Notes: a model not told the origin generated them from the letters alone. Shown: positions 1 through 10,023, counted from the stretch's first letter. The stretch: 64,000 nt of DNA from Acidimicrobiales bacterium (GCA_020628065.1 JAHDFR010000005.1:12397-76396), one strand, 5' to 3'. Numbers and translations: made by a program.

Positions 1-1
1 T

Positions 2-247
2 TTGGTTCACGATCTTCCCCGCTCCGGCCCCCGCAGCTTCCGGCAACTCACCGAAGGGCTCACCGAACGTATCGAAGTGGTGGTTGTCTTTCTGGCCGTT
101 CTCGAGCTCTACAAGCAGGGCATGGTCGACATGGAGCAGCCAACCTGTTTCGGTGATCTGACGGTTTCCTGGCTGGCCGATGGCGAGCGTGACCAGGAAT
201 CGGTGGTCGAGCTAGTGGTTTCCGGCGCAGACGCCTACGACGGCTGA
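2..247 (+). CDS. scpA: Segregation and condensation protein A, C-terminal fragment (5' end outside window)
   Basis: The ORF runs off the left edge. The segment LTERIEVVVVFLAVLELYKQG matches the conserved ScpA C-terminal region. Stop TGA 245-247 overlaps the scpB ATG at 247. Confidence 0.75.
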   Translation: MVHDLPRSGPRSFRQLTEGLTERIEVVVVFLAVLELYKQGMVDMEQPTCFGDLTVSWLADGERDQESVVELVVSGADAYDG

Positions 248-1023
248 TGTCAGTAGCTCATTCCGCCATACACACCGAGGCCCGTCGCGCCATCGAAGCC
301 ATGGTGCTGGTCGCCTCGGAGCCTCTACCAGACGACGTGCTGGCACAGGTTGTGGAGCTTCCGGTCGACGAAGTAGCTGCCCTCTGTCAGGCCTTGGCAG
401 CCGAATACGAAGAGCAACAGCGCGGGTTTCAACTGATCTATGTTGCCGGAGGCTGGCGCTATCAGACTCATCCGGACATGTACCCCTACGTCGAGCGCTA
501 CGCGTTGGAGGGGATGCCCAATCGCATCTCAAGCGCGGCTCTCGAGACGTTGGCCATAGTTGCTTACAAACAGCCGATTTCCCGTAGCCAAATCGCTGCC
601 ATCCGTGGCGTCAACGTCGACGGCGTGCTCCGGACCCTCGAACAACGAGGCTATGTCATCGAGGTTGACCGAGACACCGGACCGGGGCAGGCGGTCCTAT
701 TCGGCACCACGCCGTTCTTTCTGGAGCGACTGGGTTTGGCCAACATCGATCAACTCCCGGCGTTGGGAGACTTTGTGCCTTCAGCCGAAGTCCTGGAGGC
801 TCTGGAAAACACGCTGCGTATCTCCGATGACGAGGATCCGGTGGTTGAGGCCAACGGCGAGGTTGATGACGTCGACGCTGATGAGGTCGACGTTGAGACC
901 GACACCGACGAGACCGCAGACGTATCGCCGTCACCGGCCTCGACCGCTGATGACACTCCGACTGACCCGCCGACCGGAGACTCCAACGGCGACGACCCCA
1001 TCAGCCTCGACCACCTCGATTAG
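247..1023 (+). CDS. scpB: Segregation and condensation protein B
   Basis: 258 aa. ScpB-type winged-helix segments are present (EARRAIEAMVLVASEPL; SSAALETLAIVAYKQPISRSQIAAIRGVN), followed by an acidic low-complexity tail. It sits directly after scpA. Confidence 0.9.
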   Translation: MSVAHSAIHTEARRAIEAMVLVASEPLPDDVLAQVVELPVDEVAALCQALAAEYEEQQRGFQLIYVAGGWRYQTHPDMYPYVERYALEGMPNRISSAALETLAIVAYKQPISRSQIAAIRGVNVDGVLRTLEQRGYVIEVDRDTGPGQAVLFGTTPFFLERLGLANIDQLPALGDFVPSAEVLEALENTLRISDDEDPVVEANGEVDDVDADEVDVETDTDETADVSPSPASTADDTPTDPPTGDSNGDDPISLDHLD

Positions 1024-1044
1024 GCAAAGACCGGCGGCCACTCC

Positions 1045-1779
1045 ATGGAACACCTTGAACGCAGCCCGGATGCGGGGGAGAGGGTACAGAAGGTTCTGGC
1101 CAAAGCCGGGTTTGGTAGCCGGCGGCTGTGCGAGGATCTCATACGTGACGGCAGAGTCGCCATCAACGGTGACACTGTCGGCTTGGGTGCCCGCCTTCGT
1201 ACCGGTGACGCGCTTGCCGTTGATGGGGCTGTCATCTCGACATTGCCTGACGCTGTCACCTATCTGCTCAACAAACCGACGGCCGTGGTCACCACTGCTT
1301 CGGACCCTCACGGCCGCCCGACGGTGGTTGATATTGTTCCGGGCGAACCGCGAGTGTTCCCGGTCGGTCGGCTGGACATGGATACCGAGGGTCTGCTCTT
1401 GCTCACCAATGACGGCGACATGGCGAATCGGCTCACCCACCCCAGTTTCGGAGTCGAGAAAGAGTATTTGGCTCACATCACCGGCAGTCCCGGCCGGGCT
1501 TCGCTGCGTCGTCTCCGCGAGGGTGTAGAACTCGAGGACGGCATGACGGCACCGGCGAAAGTGTCCAACCCTTCTCCAGGATTGCTTCGGATAACCATCC
1601 ACGAAGGGCGCAACCGTCAGGTACGTCGCATGTGCGAGGCAGTCGGTCATCCGGTGAAGAGGCTTGTGCGGGTGCGGATCGGCCCTCTAGCCGACCGAAC
1701 GCTAAAGCCGGGCCACTGGCGCCGGTTGTCGGTTAACGAAGTGTTGGAACTGCAACGGGCAACCGCACAGGCCCGATAG
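1045..1779 (+). CDS. rluB: 23S/16S rRNA pseudouridine synthase, RsuA/RluB family
   Basis: N-terminal S4 domain (RVQKVLAKAGFGSRR) and the catalytic Asp motif PVGRLDMDTEGLLLLTNDG. The scpAB-rluB synteny is typical of actinobacteria. Confidence 0.85.
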   Translation: MEHLERSPDAGERVQKVLAKAGFGSRRLCEDLIRDGRVAINGDTVGLGARLRTGDALAVDGAVISTLPDAVTYLLNKPTAVVTTASDPHGRPTVVDIVPGEPRVFPVGRLDMDTEGLLLLTNDGDMANRLTHPSFGVEKEYLAHITGSPGRASLRRLREGVELEDGMTAPAKVSNPSPGLLRITIHEGRNRQVRRMCEAVGHPVKRLVRVRIGPLADRTLKPGHWRRLSVNEVLELQRATAQAR

Positions 1780-1791
1780 ATTGCCTGTCCA

Positions 1792-2172
1792 ATGGCAGTT
1801 CGAGCAATACGCGGCGCAACTACGGTCGAGGCTGATACCCCCGAGGAGGTTTCGACCCGAACAGTGGAGTTGGTAGCAGCCCTGTTGAATCAAAACGGGT
1901 TGTCGGCCGACTCCTTGATCTCCGTCTTGTTCTCGGCCACATCCGACATCGTGAGCATGGCACCGGCCACCGGTCTACGGGGCGGGCTTGATGTGGCCGA
2001 TGTTCCCTTGTTGTGTGTCGGGGAGATGGTTGTCGACGGAGCTCTGACCGGGTGTATCCGGGTGTTGGCCCATGTGGAAACCGACATTCCGCGCCGCGAA
2101 CTCAATCACGTCTTCATGCGCGGAGCCACGGTGCTTAGACCGGACCTGGCTGGAGGTGGGTCAGATGACTGA
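1792..2172 (+). CDS. aroH: AroH-type monofunctional chorismate mutase
   Basis: 126 aa. MAVRAIRGATTVE...CIRVLAHVETD...HVFMRGATVLRPDL aligns end to end with B. subtilis AroH as I remember it. Confidence 0.85.
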   Translation: MAVRAIRGATTVEADTPEEVSTRTVELVAALLNQNGLSADSLISVLFSATSDIVSMAPATGLRGGLDVADVPLLCVGEMVVDGALTGCIRVLAHVETDIPRRELNHVFMRGATVLRPDLAGGGSDD

Positions 2173-3334
2173 CGTGGTTGGACCAGCCGATCCGATTGAC
2201 TCTGCTCAACGGGCCAATGTGATCGGAGCCGGACTCATCGGCGGATCAATCGCCATGGCCTTGAGAGCCCAGGGTTGGCGGGTTTCAATCTCCGACGTCA
2301 ATAGTGAGTCGGCTTCCCGGGCGGTAGAAGTGGAGGCCGCCGATGAAGTTGGCTTTGACCACGGTGCAGATCTGACGGTGATCGCCACACCGGTCAGTTC
2401 GATACCGGATGCGGCAAAGTCCGCCCTTGAGAAAACATCCGGCATGGTCACCGACGTCGGATCGACCAAAGCGGAGATCTGCGCCGCCGTTCGACACTCA
2501 CGATTCGTCGGTGGACACCCAATGGCCGGATCGGAGCAGGACGGTATCGCCGGTGCCCGAGCCGACCTTTTTGAAGGAGCGGTCTGGGTTCTCACCCCGA
2601 CCGACGAGACCGACGAGCGGATCTTCGCCCGGGTCCGTGGCGTTATCCGTCGTTTCGGCGCCGAGGTGATGACGCTGCCTCCGGCGACCCACGACGCTCT
2701 GGTCGCCCAGGTCAGTCATGTTCCCCATCTGACCGCCGCCGCCCTGATGAATCTCGCCGATGGTGGCGCGGTGGAGCACCGGGCGTTGCTGCGACTGGCG
2801 GCCGGCGGCTTCCGCGACATGACCAGAATCTCCGCAGGTCGAGCAGTCATATGGCCCGATATTTGTGTGGCCAACAGCACCGCCATTGTCGGCGCACTTG
2901 ACGACTTGGTTGATCGCCTGCAAGGTATTCGAGCCATGGTTGACCGCCAAGACAAGGTTGCGCTGTTCCAGATGCTGGATCGGGCTCGGACTGCGCGTCT
3001 CAATCTCCCCGTCGGTTATGGAACGGTTGAGCAGGTGACGGAGATCGCCGTTCCTATTCCGGATCGACCCGGCGAGTTGGCAGCCATCACCACGCTGGCG
3101 GCCGAACTGGATGTCAACATTTTGGATCTTGGAATCTCGCATTCGGGTGAAGGGCGTCAAGGCACCGTCTCTTTGGTCGTCGACGCCAACAAGTCCGAGC
3201 GGCTGATGGGAGGTCTGATGGCTCGTCGCTACAACCCGACTGTTCAGGGCTACAACAACCTCCAGGGACAACGCCCGGTTGACGGCTCCTCCGAGGTCGG
3301 CTCCGGTCAGGATCGGAACCAGACAGGTGGCTGA
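2165..3334 (+). CDS. tyrA: Prephenate dehydrogenase with C-terminal ACT-like domain
   Basis: Rossmann motif VIGAGLIGGSIA, GGHPMAGSE motif and an ACT-like tail (IAVPIPDRPGELAAITTLAAEL). I moved the start from track position 2072 to ATG 2165, which overlaps the aroH stop (ATGACTGA). Confidence 0.85.
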   Translation: MTDVVGPADPIDSAQRANVIGAGLIGGSIAMALRAQGWRVSISDVNSESASRAVEVEAADEVGFDHGADLTVIATPVSSIPDAAKSALEKTSGMVTDVGSTKAEICAAVRHSRFVGGHPMAGSEQDGIAGARADLFEGAVWVLTPTDETDERIFARVRGVIRRFGAEVMTLPPATHDALVAQVSHVPHLTAAALMNLADGGAVEHRALLRLAAGGFRDMTRISAGRAVIWPDICVANSTAIVGALDDLVDRLQGIRAMVDRQDKVALFQMLDRARTARLNLPVGYGTVEQVTEIAVPIPDRPGELAAITTLAAELDVNILDLGISHSGEGRQGTVSLVVDANKSERLMGGLMARRYNPTVQGYNNLQGQRPVDGSSEVGSGQDRNQTGG

Positions 3335-4010
3335 GGACGGGAGTCTCCTGGTGGTGGCCATCGACGGCCCGGCGGGCTCCGGAAAGTCAACTGTGGCCCG
3401 GCGGCTGGCTGACGCCCTCGGATTGCAGTACCTGGACACCGGAGCCATGTACAGGGCTGTCACTTTCGCCGTGTTGGCCCGTGGGGTCGAGCCCGACGCC
3501 GAGGAGGCGGTGGCTGAACTTGCTGAAGCCCTCAAGATCGAACTTGGGGCCGATGGCGCGGTTCTGGTCGACGGGGTCGATGCAACCACGGAGATTCGAA
3601 GCCCGGAGGTCTCCCGATGCGTCTCCGAGGTAGCCAACAATCAGCGAGTACGCAGGGAACTGGTCTCTCGCCAACGGGAGTGGACCCGTCAGCGAGGCGG
3701 GGGAGTGCTGGAGGGTCGCGATATTGGCTCGGTGGTGTATCCCGACGCAGATTTGAAGGTGTACTTGACCGCTAGCCCCGAGGTTCGGGCTCGGAGGCGG
3801 GCCTTGGAGACATCCGACGTGAGCGAAGAGTCTGTGGCCCGTGATTTGGCTCGTCGCGACGCCTACGATTCGCAGCGCGTCAACGACCCTCTTCGGCAAG
3901 CTGACGGCGCTGTCACCGTCGATACCAGCGACTTGACCATCGATCAGGTGGTCAACCGGTTGGTCGAGTTGTTAAGAGTCGCTGATCCCGGCGGCGGGCC
4001 GACGGACTGA
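3327..4010 (+). CDS. cmk: Cytidylate kinase
   Basis: P-loop AIDGPAGSGKST followed by YLDTGAMYRA. GTG 3327 gives an 8-nt overlap with the tyrA stop and a normal N-terminal length. ATG 3279 is the alternative start. Confidence 0.85.
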   Translation: MAEDGSLLVVAIDGPAGSGKSTVARRLADALGLQYLDTGAMYRAVTFAVLARGVEPDAEEAVAELAEALKIELGADGAVLVDGVDATTEIRSPEVSRCVSEVANNQRVRRELVSRQREWTRQRGGGVLEGRDIGSVVYPDADLKVYLTASPEVRARRRALETSDVSEESVARDLARRDAYDSQRVNDPLRQADGAVTVDTSDLTIDQVVNRLVELLRVADPGGGPTD

Positions 4011-4711
4011 TGAGCGGCCAAGTTGCCGCTCCGACCGCCGCCCGGATGAGTCTTGTCTCTCGAGGTGTCTTCCGGACGCTCCGGCTGGCGTTAAACGGAG
4101 TGCTTAGAGTTTGGTTTCGCTTGGCGGTTGAGGGGCGAGACAATGTGCCTGTAACTGGCCCTTTCGTGTTAGCCCTCGGCGGACATCGGTCGATCCTCGA
4201 CACACCGCTGGCCTCGGCCACGACATCCAGGGTTCTCCGTTACATGGGGGCTGAAAGCTATTTCGCCATTCCTGTTCTGGGCGGATTCCTCACCGCCATG
4301 GGTGGCTTTCCGGTTGAGCGGTCGGCTACGGATAGGGCAGCTCTACGAGCCGCTGAGTCGATACTGGCGGGCGGCGAGCCACTGGTGATCTTTCCCGAAG
4401 GAACCCGCCAAAGCGGCCCGGTCATCAACGAGATGCGCCAGGGAGCGGCGTTTCTCGCCTGTCGGGCCAAGGTGCCAATCGTTCCCGTCGGAATCGGAGG
4501 GGCTGAGCGGGCTATGCCCAAAGGCCGTCGATGGGCTCGTCCTCGACGGATCGCTCTGGTCATAGGGCCGGCTATTGAGCCACCGGTTTCGGAGGGAACG
4601 TCGCGGGTGCGTCGCTCGACGGTTCAACAGGTGAACGACGAGCTTCAGACTTCGCTGCAAACGCTCTTTGACCGGGCCCAGGCCCGGGTGGGGATTGCTA
4701 CAGAGCGCTGA
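4010..4711 (+). CDS. plsC: 1-acyl-sn-glycerol-3-phosphate acyltransferase family protein
   Basis: HX4D motif (GGHRSILD) and FPEGTR motif. The ATG overlaps the cmk stop (TGATG). Confidence 0.8.
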   Translation: MSGQVAAPTAARMSLVSRGVFRTLRLALNGVLRVWFRLAVEGRDNVPVTGPFVLALGGHRSILDTPLASATTSRVLRYMGAESYFAIPVLGGFLTAMGGFPVERSATDRAALRAAESILAGGEPLVIFPEGTRQSGPVINEMRQGAAFLACRAKVPIVPVGIGGAERAMPKGRRWARPRRIALVIGPAIEPPVSEGTSRVRRSTVQQVNDELQTSLQTLFDRAQARVGIATER

Positions 4712-5723
4712 GTACTTCCGACGCTCCGATGGTGCGATCTTTGAGTTCGGGGTGATCGCCCACCGGACCGCCCAGCCCGAGGGTGGCCACCGCCCCGACA
4801 CCGGCCAGCAGTTCGCGGAGATTGCGTGGCGGCGGGAAGTATTCGTCTTCGTCGGTGATCGAGACTTCCTCCACGCCGTCGACCGGATTTAGGAAGCTGA
4901 TCACCGCCTGGACGACGTCTTCCGGCGCCGACGCCCCTGCTGTAACCCCCACCGTCCCTGAGAGATCGTCCGGTAGCTCATCAGGTCCGTTGACCCGGAA
5001 GACCCGGTCGCAACCCGCTTCGATCGCCAACTTGGCCAGGGCATTGGTATTTGAGCTGTTGGACGATCCGATCACGACGAATGCGTCGCAACGATCAGCC
5101 ACGCTCATCAAAGCGGACTGACGATTGGTGGTGGCGAAGCACAGATCGGATCTGCCCGGGGTGAACAAGTCGGGGAAGCGGTCGCGGGCGGCGTCGGCCA
5201 CATCCGCCCAGTCACGGTGGCTCAGCGTTGTCTGGGCCAGCAGCGCCGTTGGTTCGTTGAACTCGGGGAGCCGATGCACGTCGTCCACTGTCTCGACCCG
5301 GTGGATCGAGTCGGGAGCGACCGCCATAGTACCGACAGCCTCTTCGTGACCTTCGTGACCTATGTACACGATTTGATAGCCCTTGCCGGCCCGAACCTTG
5401 ACCTCGTGGTGAACCTTGGTCACCAGGGGGCAAACGGCATCGACCACGTAGCTGCCGCGGTCCCTGGCCGCTACCACGACTTCGGGGGCCGAGCCGTGAG
5501 CCGAGAGCATGATTGGCCGACCCGGTGGAACCTCGGCGATGTCGTCGACGAACACCACGCCCCGTTCTCGGAACCGATCCACCACCAACTTGTTGTGAAC
5601 TATTTCGTGGTAGCAATACACCGGTGGCTCGAAAGCACGAACCATCCAGGCCAAAGCCTTGATAGCCATTTCCACCCCGGCGCAGAATCCTCGAGGGGCA
5701 CACAACACGACGTTGTCGACCAT
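4698..5723 (-). CDS. ispH: 4-hydroxy-3-methylbut-2-enyl diphosphate reductase
   Basis: 341 aa. N-terminal LCAPRGFCAGVEMAI, GHEGHEE and SSNSSNT motifs of IspH/LytB. The 3' end overlaps plsC convergently by 14 nt. Confidence 0.9.
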   Translation of the reverse strand: MVDNVVLCAPRGFCAGVEMAIKALAWMVRAFEPPVYCYHEIVHNKLVVDRFRERGVVFVDDIAEVPPGRPIMLSAHGSAPEVVVAARDRGSYVVDAVCPLVTKVHHEVKVRAGKGYQIVYIGHEGHEEAVGTMAVAPDSIHRVETVDDVHRLPEFNEPTALLAQTTLSHRDWADVADAARDRFPDLFTPGRSDLCFATTNRQSALMSVADRCDAFVVIGSSNSSNTNALAKLAIEAGCDRVFRVNGPDELPDDLSGTVGVTAGASAPEDVVQAVISFLNPVDGVEEVSITDEDEYFPPPRNLRELLAGVGAVATLGLGGPVGDHPELKDRTIGASEVLSAL

Positions 5724-5799
5724 GGCTTCAGCTTAGGTCGCTGTCGGCTCTTGGGCGCAGGGAACGGACTGAGCCGCCTGTCACCGCCAGTATCCTGAG

Positions 5800-7293
5800 T
5801 TGGTGGCCATTCCCCAGGTTCTCTCGGTGACTCCCGGTTCACCGGCCGACGCGGCCGGTGTAGTGGCCGGCGACGGTTTGGCGTTGATCAACGGCGAAGT
5901 TCCTCGAGACGTCATTCAGTATCAGCTGCTGATCGACGGCCCGTCAGTCGACCTTGATCTTGACCGGGGCGGAGTTGTGCGATCGGTCAGCGTCGACAAG
6001 GGCGACGGTGAGCCGTTGGGCATCGAGGTGCAGAGCGCCCTCTTTGATCAGGTCAGAACCTGCGACAACCATTGCAGCTTCTGTTTCATCTACCAGCTAC
6101 CCCCTGGGATGCGGAGGAGCCTGTATCTGAAGGACGACGACTACAGGCTGTCGTTTCTCTACGGAAACTTCACCACCCTGACCCGCTTCACCGAAGCCGA
6201 CCTTGAACGGATTATCACCGAACGACTCTCACCGCTGTATGTGAGCATTCACGCCACTAACGGTGAGGATCGCAGCGCACTGCTTCGCAACCGGAGGGGT
6301 GCAACCAGCCTTCGCTGGCTAAGGGCACTACTTGACGCCGACATCGAGGTCCACGGCCAGGTTGTCGTCTGCCCCGGTGTCAACGACGCAGATGTTCTGG
6401 CGGAGACGTTGCTGGGCATTTGCGACGAGTTTCCGGAGTTGGCATCGGTTGCCGTCGTGCCTTTGGGAGTCTCGGACCACTCAAACGAGCCCGACATGCG
6501 CCCCCACACCACCGAAGAAGCCGCGGCCGTGGTTGATCTGGTTGAGCAGTGGCAGCAGGTCTTCCAGGAGGCCCTCGGCCGTCCGGTGGTGTACCTCGCC
6601 GACGAGTATTACCTCTTGGCCGGCCGGTCGTTTCCTTCGGCCGAGAGCTACGGGGCCTTTGACATGCACGAGGACGGCGTCGGCATGGCCCGGAACTTCG
6701 AATTGGAGTTCAGCGGACGTAAAGCCGACGCCCTCGGCACGGCCAACGGCTTCTTTGCCTGGGTCGACGGCGCACCTGCGGCCGGCTATCGGGCGCCCCG
6801 CCAGGACGAATCACTTCGAGTGGACGGTCGTATGGTTCCGACCTTGACCCCAAATCAACAGCGCACAGAGATTGATGTGGCTGGGTCAGATGTTGAATCT
6901 GGTGAGACGGTGTCGCCTGTGCCCGATCGATCCCAACCTGTGACCCTTGGGCCGTCGCGTACGGCTCCGATCGGGATTTTGACCGGAACCTACGGCCGTC
7001 AGGTGCTGGAACCGCTCCTGGCCGGCGTTGAAGACTACGAGTCCGGCAGGATTCGGCTCGTTGAGATTCCCAATCGATTCTTCGGCGGCAACATCGGGGT
7101 GACCGGTCTGCTTGTTGGTGGCGATATCGCCGATGTGCTGGCTGACGAGCCCGTCGGCCACCGTTATCTACTCCCGGATGTGTGCCTCTCCGGGGATCGC
7201 TTTCTGGATGGGACGTCGGTGGCCGATCTTCCCCGTCCTGTTGAGGTGCTGGCCACCGATGGCCACGCTCTACGAGAGGCTTGCGGACTATGA
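5800..7293 (+). CDS. DUF512 / TIGR03279-type radical-SAM-like protein with N-terminal PDZ-like segment
   Basis: CDNHCSFCF cysteine cluster and LSFLYGNFTTLT motif. The N-terminus VTPGSPADAAGVVAGD is PDZ-like. The start is TTG 5800 or GTG 5803. Confidence 0.75.
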   Translation: MVAIPQVLSVTPGSPADAAGVVAGDGLALINGEVPRDVIQYQLLIDGPSVDLDLDRGGVVRSVSVDKGDGEPLGIEVQSALFDQVRTCDNHCSFCFIYQLPPGMRRSLYLKDDDYRLSFLYGNFTTLTRFTEADLERIITERLSPLYVSIHATNGEDRSALLRNRRGATSLRWLRALLDADIEVHGQVVVCPGVNDADVLAETLLGICDEFPELASVAVVPLGVSDHSNEPDMRPHTTEEAAAVVDLVEQWQQVFQEALGRPVVYLADEYYLLAGRSFPSAESYGAFDMHEDGVGMARNFELEFSGRKADALGTANGFFAWVDGAPAAGYRAPRQDESLRVDGRMVPTLTPNQQRTEIDVAGSDVESGETVSPVPDRSQPVTLGPSRTAPIGILTGTYGRQVLEPLLAGVEDYESGRIRLVEIPNRFFGGNIGVTGLLVGGDIADVLADEPVGHRYLLPDVCLSGDRFLDGTSVADLPRPVEVLATDGHALREACGL

Positions 7294-8651
7294 CGACATC
7301 GACAAACCTGAACGCCTCCGGCGTTGACCACGATCTGCCCGAGGTGGTGATTGTTGGTCGTCCGAACGTCGGTAAGTCGACGCTGCTGAATCGGATTCTT
7401 GGCCGGCGGGAGGCGATCGTTGAAGAACGACCCGGGGTCACCAGGGACCGCAAGGCGGTCGAAGCGGACTGGCGTGGCCGAGAGTTCACCGTGGTTGACA
7501 CCGGTGGCTGGTTAGCCAGCGGCACCGAGCTCGATCAGAAAGTCTCACGCCAGTCGGAGAACGCTCTCGACAATGCCGCCGTTGTTCTCTTCGTGGTCGA
7601 TGCCACGGTGGGTGTCACCGACGAAGACGCCCAGGCGGCTCGTGTGCTGCGCTCAAGCGACCGGCCCATGTTTCTGGTTGCCAACAAAGTCGACCACGAT
7701 GGACAGAGCAACGACATCTGGGACCTGGTCCGCCTAGGCCTCGGCGATCCTTTCCCGGTCAGCGCCATTCACGGAGCCGGAGTGGCGGACCTCTTGGACG
7801 CCATCGTCGACGCCCTGCCGGAGCCTGACACCTCAGGCCATCGTCTGACGTCACCGGAGGAGGCCGGAGCCACCTCGGAGCGAACCTTCAGTATCGCTCT
7901 TGTCGGACGACCGAACGTGGGTAAGTCCACGCTGTTCAACCGGCTGCTGGGGGAGGAGCGTTCCGTTGTCCACGACATGCCCGGAACGACAAGGGATGCC
8001 GTCGATACCGTGGTCGACACAGAGATCGGGCAGGTTCGTTTTATCGATACTGCGGGAATGCGCCGGAAGTCCCGAATCAGCGAGGACACCGAGTACTACT
8101 CGGTTGTCCGGTCGCTGAAGGCGGTTGACAAAGCCGATGTCGCCCTTCTGGTATTGGACGCCAGCGAGGGTGTCACCCAGCAGGATCAGCGCCTGGCGGA
8201 ACGGGTGGATGCGGCCGGCTGTCCCATCGTGGTCATCTTGAACAAGGCCGACCTGCTGTCAACCGACCAGCGAGAGGACTTGACCGATCAGCTGCATCGA
8301 AAGCTCGGTTTTTTGCCGGACGGCGGAGTGCATCGGATTTCCGCTCTGAGCGGTAAAGGTGTTCAGAAGATCCTGCCGTCACTCCGGTCGGCACTGGAGG
8401 CCTATCAGGTCCGAGCTCCGACCCGTAAAGTCAACGATATTGTTCGGCTGGCTCAGCAGTCTCAGCCGGCTCCGGGCGGAGCAAGAATTCTCTACTCTAC
8501 TCAGGGAGCCACCGATCCGCCGACGTTCACCTTGTTCGCCAACCGGAACATCCCGGATCACTATCTGCGCTACATCGAGCGCAGCCTACGAGACGATCTC
8601 GATCTTGGTCCGACCCCGATCAAGATTCGGGTGCGGCGACGCTCCGAGTAG
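7290..8651 (+). CDS. der: Ribosome-associated GTPase Der/EngA
   Basis: Two tandem G domains (GRPNVGKSTLLN ... NKVD; GRPNVGKSTLFN ... NKAD) plus a KH-like C-terminus. ATG 7290 overlaps the upstream stop (ATGA). The track start at 7281 is a TTG. Confidence 0.9.
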   Translation: MTTSTNLNASGVDHDLPEVVIVGRPNVGKSTLLNRILGRREAIVEERPGVTRDRKAVEADWRGREFTVVDTGGWLASGTELDQKVSRQSENALDNAAVVLFVVDATVGVTDEDAQAARVLRSSDRPMFLVANKVDHDGQSNDIWDLVRLGLGDPFPVSAIHGAGVADLLDAIVDALPEPDTSGHRLTSPEEAGATSERTFSIALVGRPNVGKSTLFNRLLGEERSVVHDMPGTTRDAVDTVVDTEIGQVRFIDTAGMRRKSRISEDTEYYSVVRSLKAVDKADVALLVLDASEGVTQQDQRLAERVDAAGCPIVVILNKADLLSTDQREDLTDQLHRKLGFLPDGGVHRISALSGKGVQKILPSLRSALEAYQVRAPTRKVNDIVRLAQQSQPAPGGARILYSTQGATDPPTFTLFANRNIPDHYLRYIERSLRDDLDLGPTPIKIRVRRRSE

Positions 8652-8726
8652 TTGTTGTAGTCAGGGTCGTCGGGCTCTAGAGGTGTTCTGAGGCGGCTGC
8701 AGCGCCGGTGAGCTAGCATTGACGCC

Positions 8727-9806
8727 ATGGAACGGCTTCTGCCTGCCCTTGCGGCCATTGTTTGTACGGCTGCCGCTGTTGTGTGGGCCCGAGCCGCCAT
8801 TCAACGTCACAGGGTTGCCACCCGCCTGGCGGAGGATCAGACCGACCTTGACATCTGGCGGTTGGCCAACAACGACTATCGGCGAGACCTGCTGACAACA
8901 ATATTCATGGCCATCGCTGCCCTCGGGCTGGTGACCGTGACGTTGACCGGCGTCGGATTCTTGACGGCCCTTGTGCTTTCCCTTTTGGCGGTTCCAGCGG
9001 TGATTTCCCTCGTGGGTCGAGGTTCACAGACCGAGATCGCCCGGATCGCGGCCAGTCGGGCCGACGTTGAACAAAAGGCCCGTGAGGTGCTGACTCAGGA
9101 ACAGTTGGCGCCACTGCAGTGGGCGGCTCGACTTGCTCCATCCGATCTTCCGGACCTTCCGGGCTTTGAGATTGGTCAGGCCTACCAAGCGGGCAGCGGG
9201 GCAATGGCCGGAGACTTCTACGATGTCTTCAAGGTCGACGAGTCCCGGGTGGCGGCTGTTATCGGCGACGTCACCGGTCACGGAATTGAGCCGTCGATCA
9301 CAGCGCTCCAGGCCAAGTACCTGCTTCGGGCATTCCTGTTGCAGTTTCGTGATCCGGGTCAGGCGTTGGAGCAGCTGAACGCCCAGCTGTCGGTTTTGGA
9401 GAGGGGCGAGGAGTTCATTTCTCTGTGCGTCCTGGTTTTTGATCTTGATGTGGAGACGTTGCGGTATGCGTCAGCCGGACACCCGGCTGCCTTTGTTTGG
9501 CACGAGCGAGAAGTACGTCCGCTCGGGGCGACCGGGCCATTGTTGATGTTGGATTCCACCGCTCCGTATCACTCTCGCGAGCTGCCGTGGATGCATGACG
9601 ATGTTGCCGTGATGTACACCGATGGCCTGGCCGAGGCCCGAAACGGGCAGATCCTGTTCGGGGAGGATGGCATTGCCGCCATGATCCGTCGCGATCCAAC
9701 GGCGTCACCGGATGTCTTGACCAAGCAGTTGGTTGAGGCCGCCCGAGACTTCGCCGGTGGCCCGATAGGCGACGATGTGGCCGTACTTGTCCTGCGGCGG
9801 GTCTGA
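8727..9806 (+). CDS. Membrane-anchored PP2C/SpoIIE-family serine phosphatase
   Basis: Hydrophobic N-terminal helices are followed by PPM motifs GDFYDV, GDVTGHG, YASAGHP and YTDGLAE. Confidence 0.75.
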   Translation: MERLLPALAAIVCTAAAVVWARAAIQRHRVATRLAEDQTDLDIWRLANNDYRRDLLTTIFMAIAALGLVTVTLTGVGFLTALVLSLLAVPAVISLVGRGSQTEIARIAASRADVEQKAREVLTQEQLAPLQWAARLAPSDLPDLPGFEIGQAYQAGSGAMAGDFYDVFKVDESRVAAVIGDVTGHGIEPSITALQAKYLLRAFLLQFRDPGQALEQLNAQLSVLERGEEFISLCVLVFDLDVETLRYASAGHPAAFVWHEREVRPLGATGPLLMLDSTAPYHSRELPWMHDDVAVMYTDGLAEARNGQILFGEDGIAAMIRRDPTASPDVLTKQLVEAARDFAGGPIGDDVAVLVLRRV

Positions 9807-9892
9807 TTCAGCCTCCCGCAATTGAACAGCGATTGATTTCTGGCCAATTCACGTCCGACCCGGCTGGTGTCGCGCTACTATTCGAGTCGCCA

Positions 9893-9967
9893 CGGGCTGT
9901 GGCGCAGCTTGGTTAGCGCGCTTGACTGGGGGTCAAGAGGTCGGGAGTTCGAATCTCCCCAGCCCGA
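9893..9967 (+). tRNA. tRNA-Pro (anticodon GGG)
   Basis: Cloverleaf folded by hand. Acceptor stem CGGGCTG/CAGCCCG, anticodon stem CTTGA/TCAAG with loop CTGGGGG (GGG), T arm GGGAG-TTCGAAT-CTCCC, discriminator A. No encoded CCA. Confidence 0.9.
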
Positions 9968-10023
9968 CAAATCATCGTACGGAACGCAATCACTACCTTC
10001 GTCGGCACGTAGAATCGACCTCG

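Noticed and set aside
2498-3640. Long antisense or off-frame ORFs in the track, e.g. 2498-3640(-) 380 aa, 560-1528(+) 322 aa, 13928-14842(-) 304 aa, 37833-38882(-) 349 aa, 62627-63598(-) 323 aa, 6710-7525(-) 271 aa.
   Set aside because: Each lies entirely over a confidently identified gene in another frame. Their translations are R/P/S/G-rich with no recognisable motifs. Long stop-free shadow frames are expected in high-GC DNA.
9922-10023. Track ORF start 9922 for the small Zn-ribbon protein.
   Set aside because: It would be translated through the tRNA-Pro gene. The internal ATG 10024 gives a compact Cys4 + TM protein.
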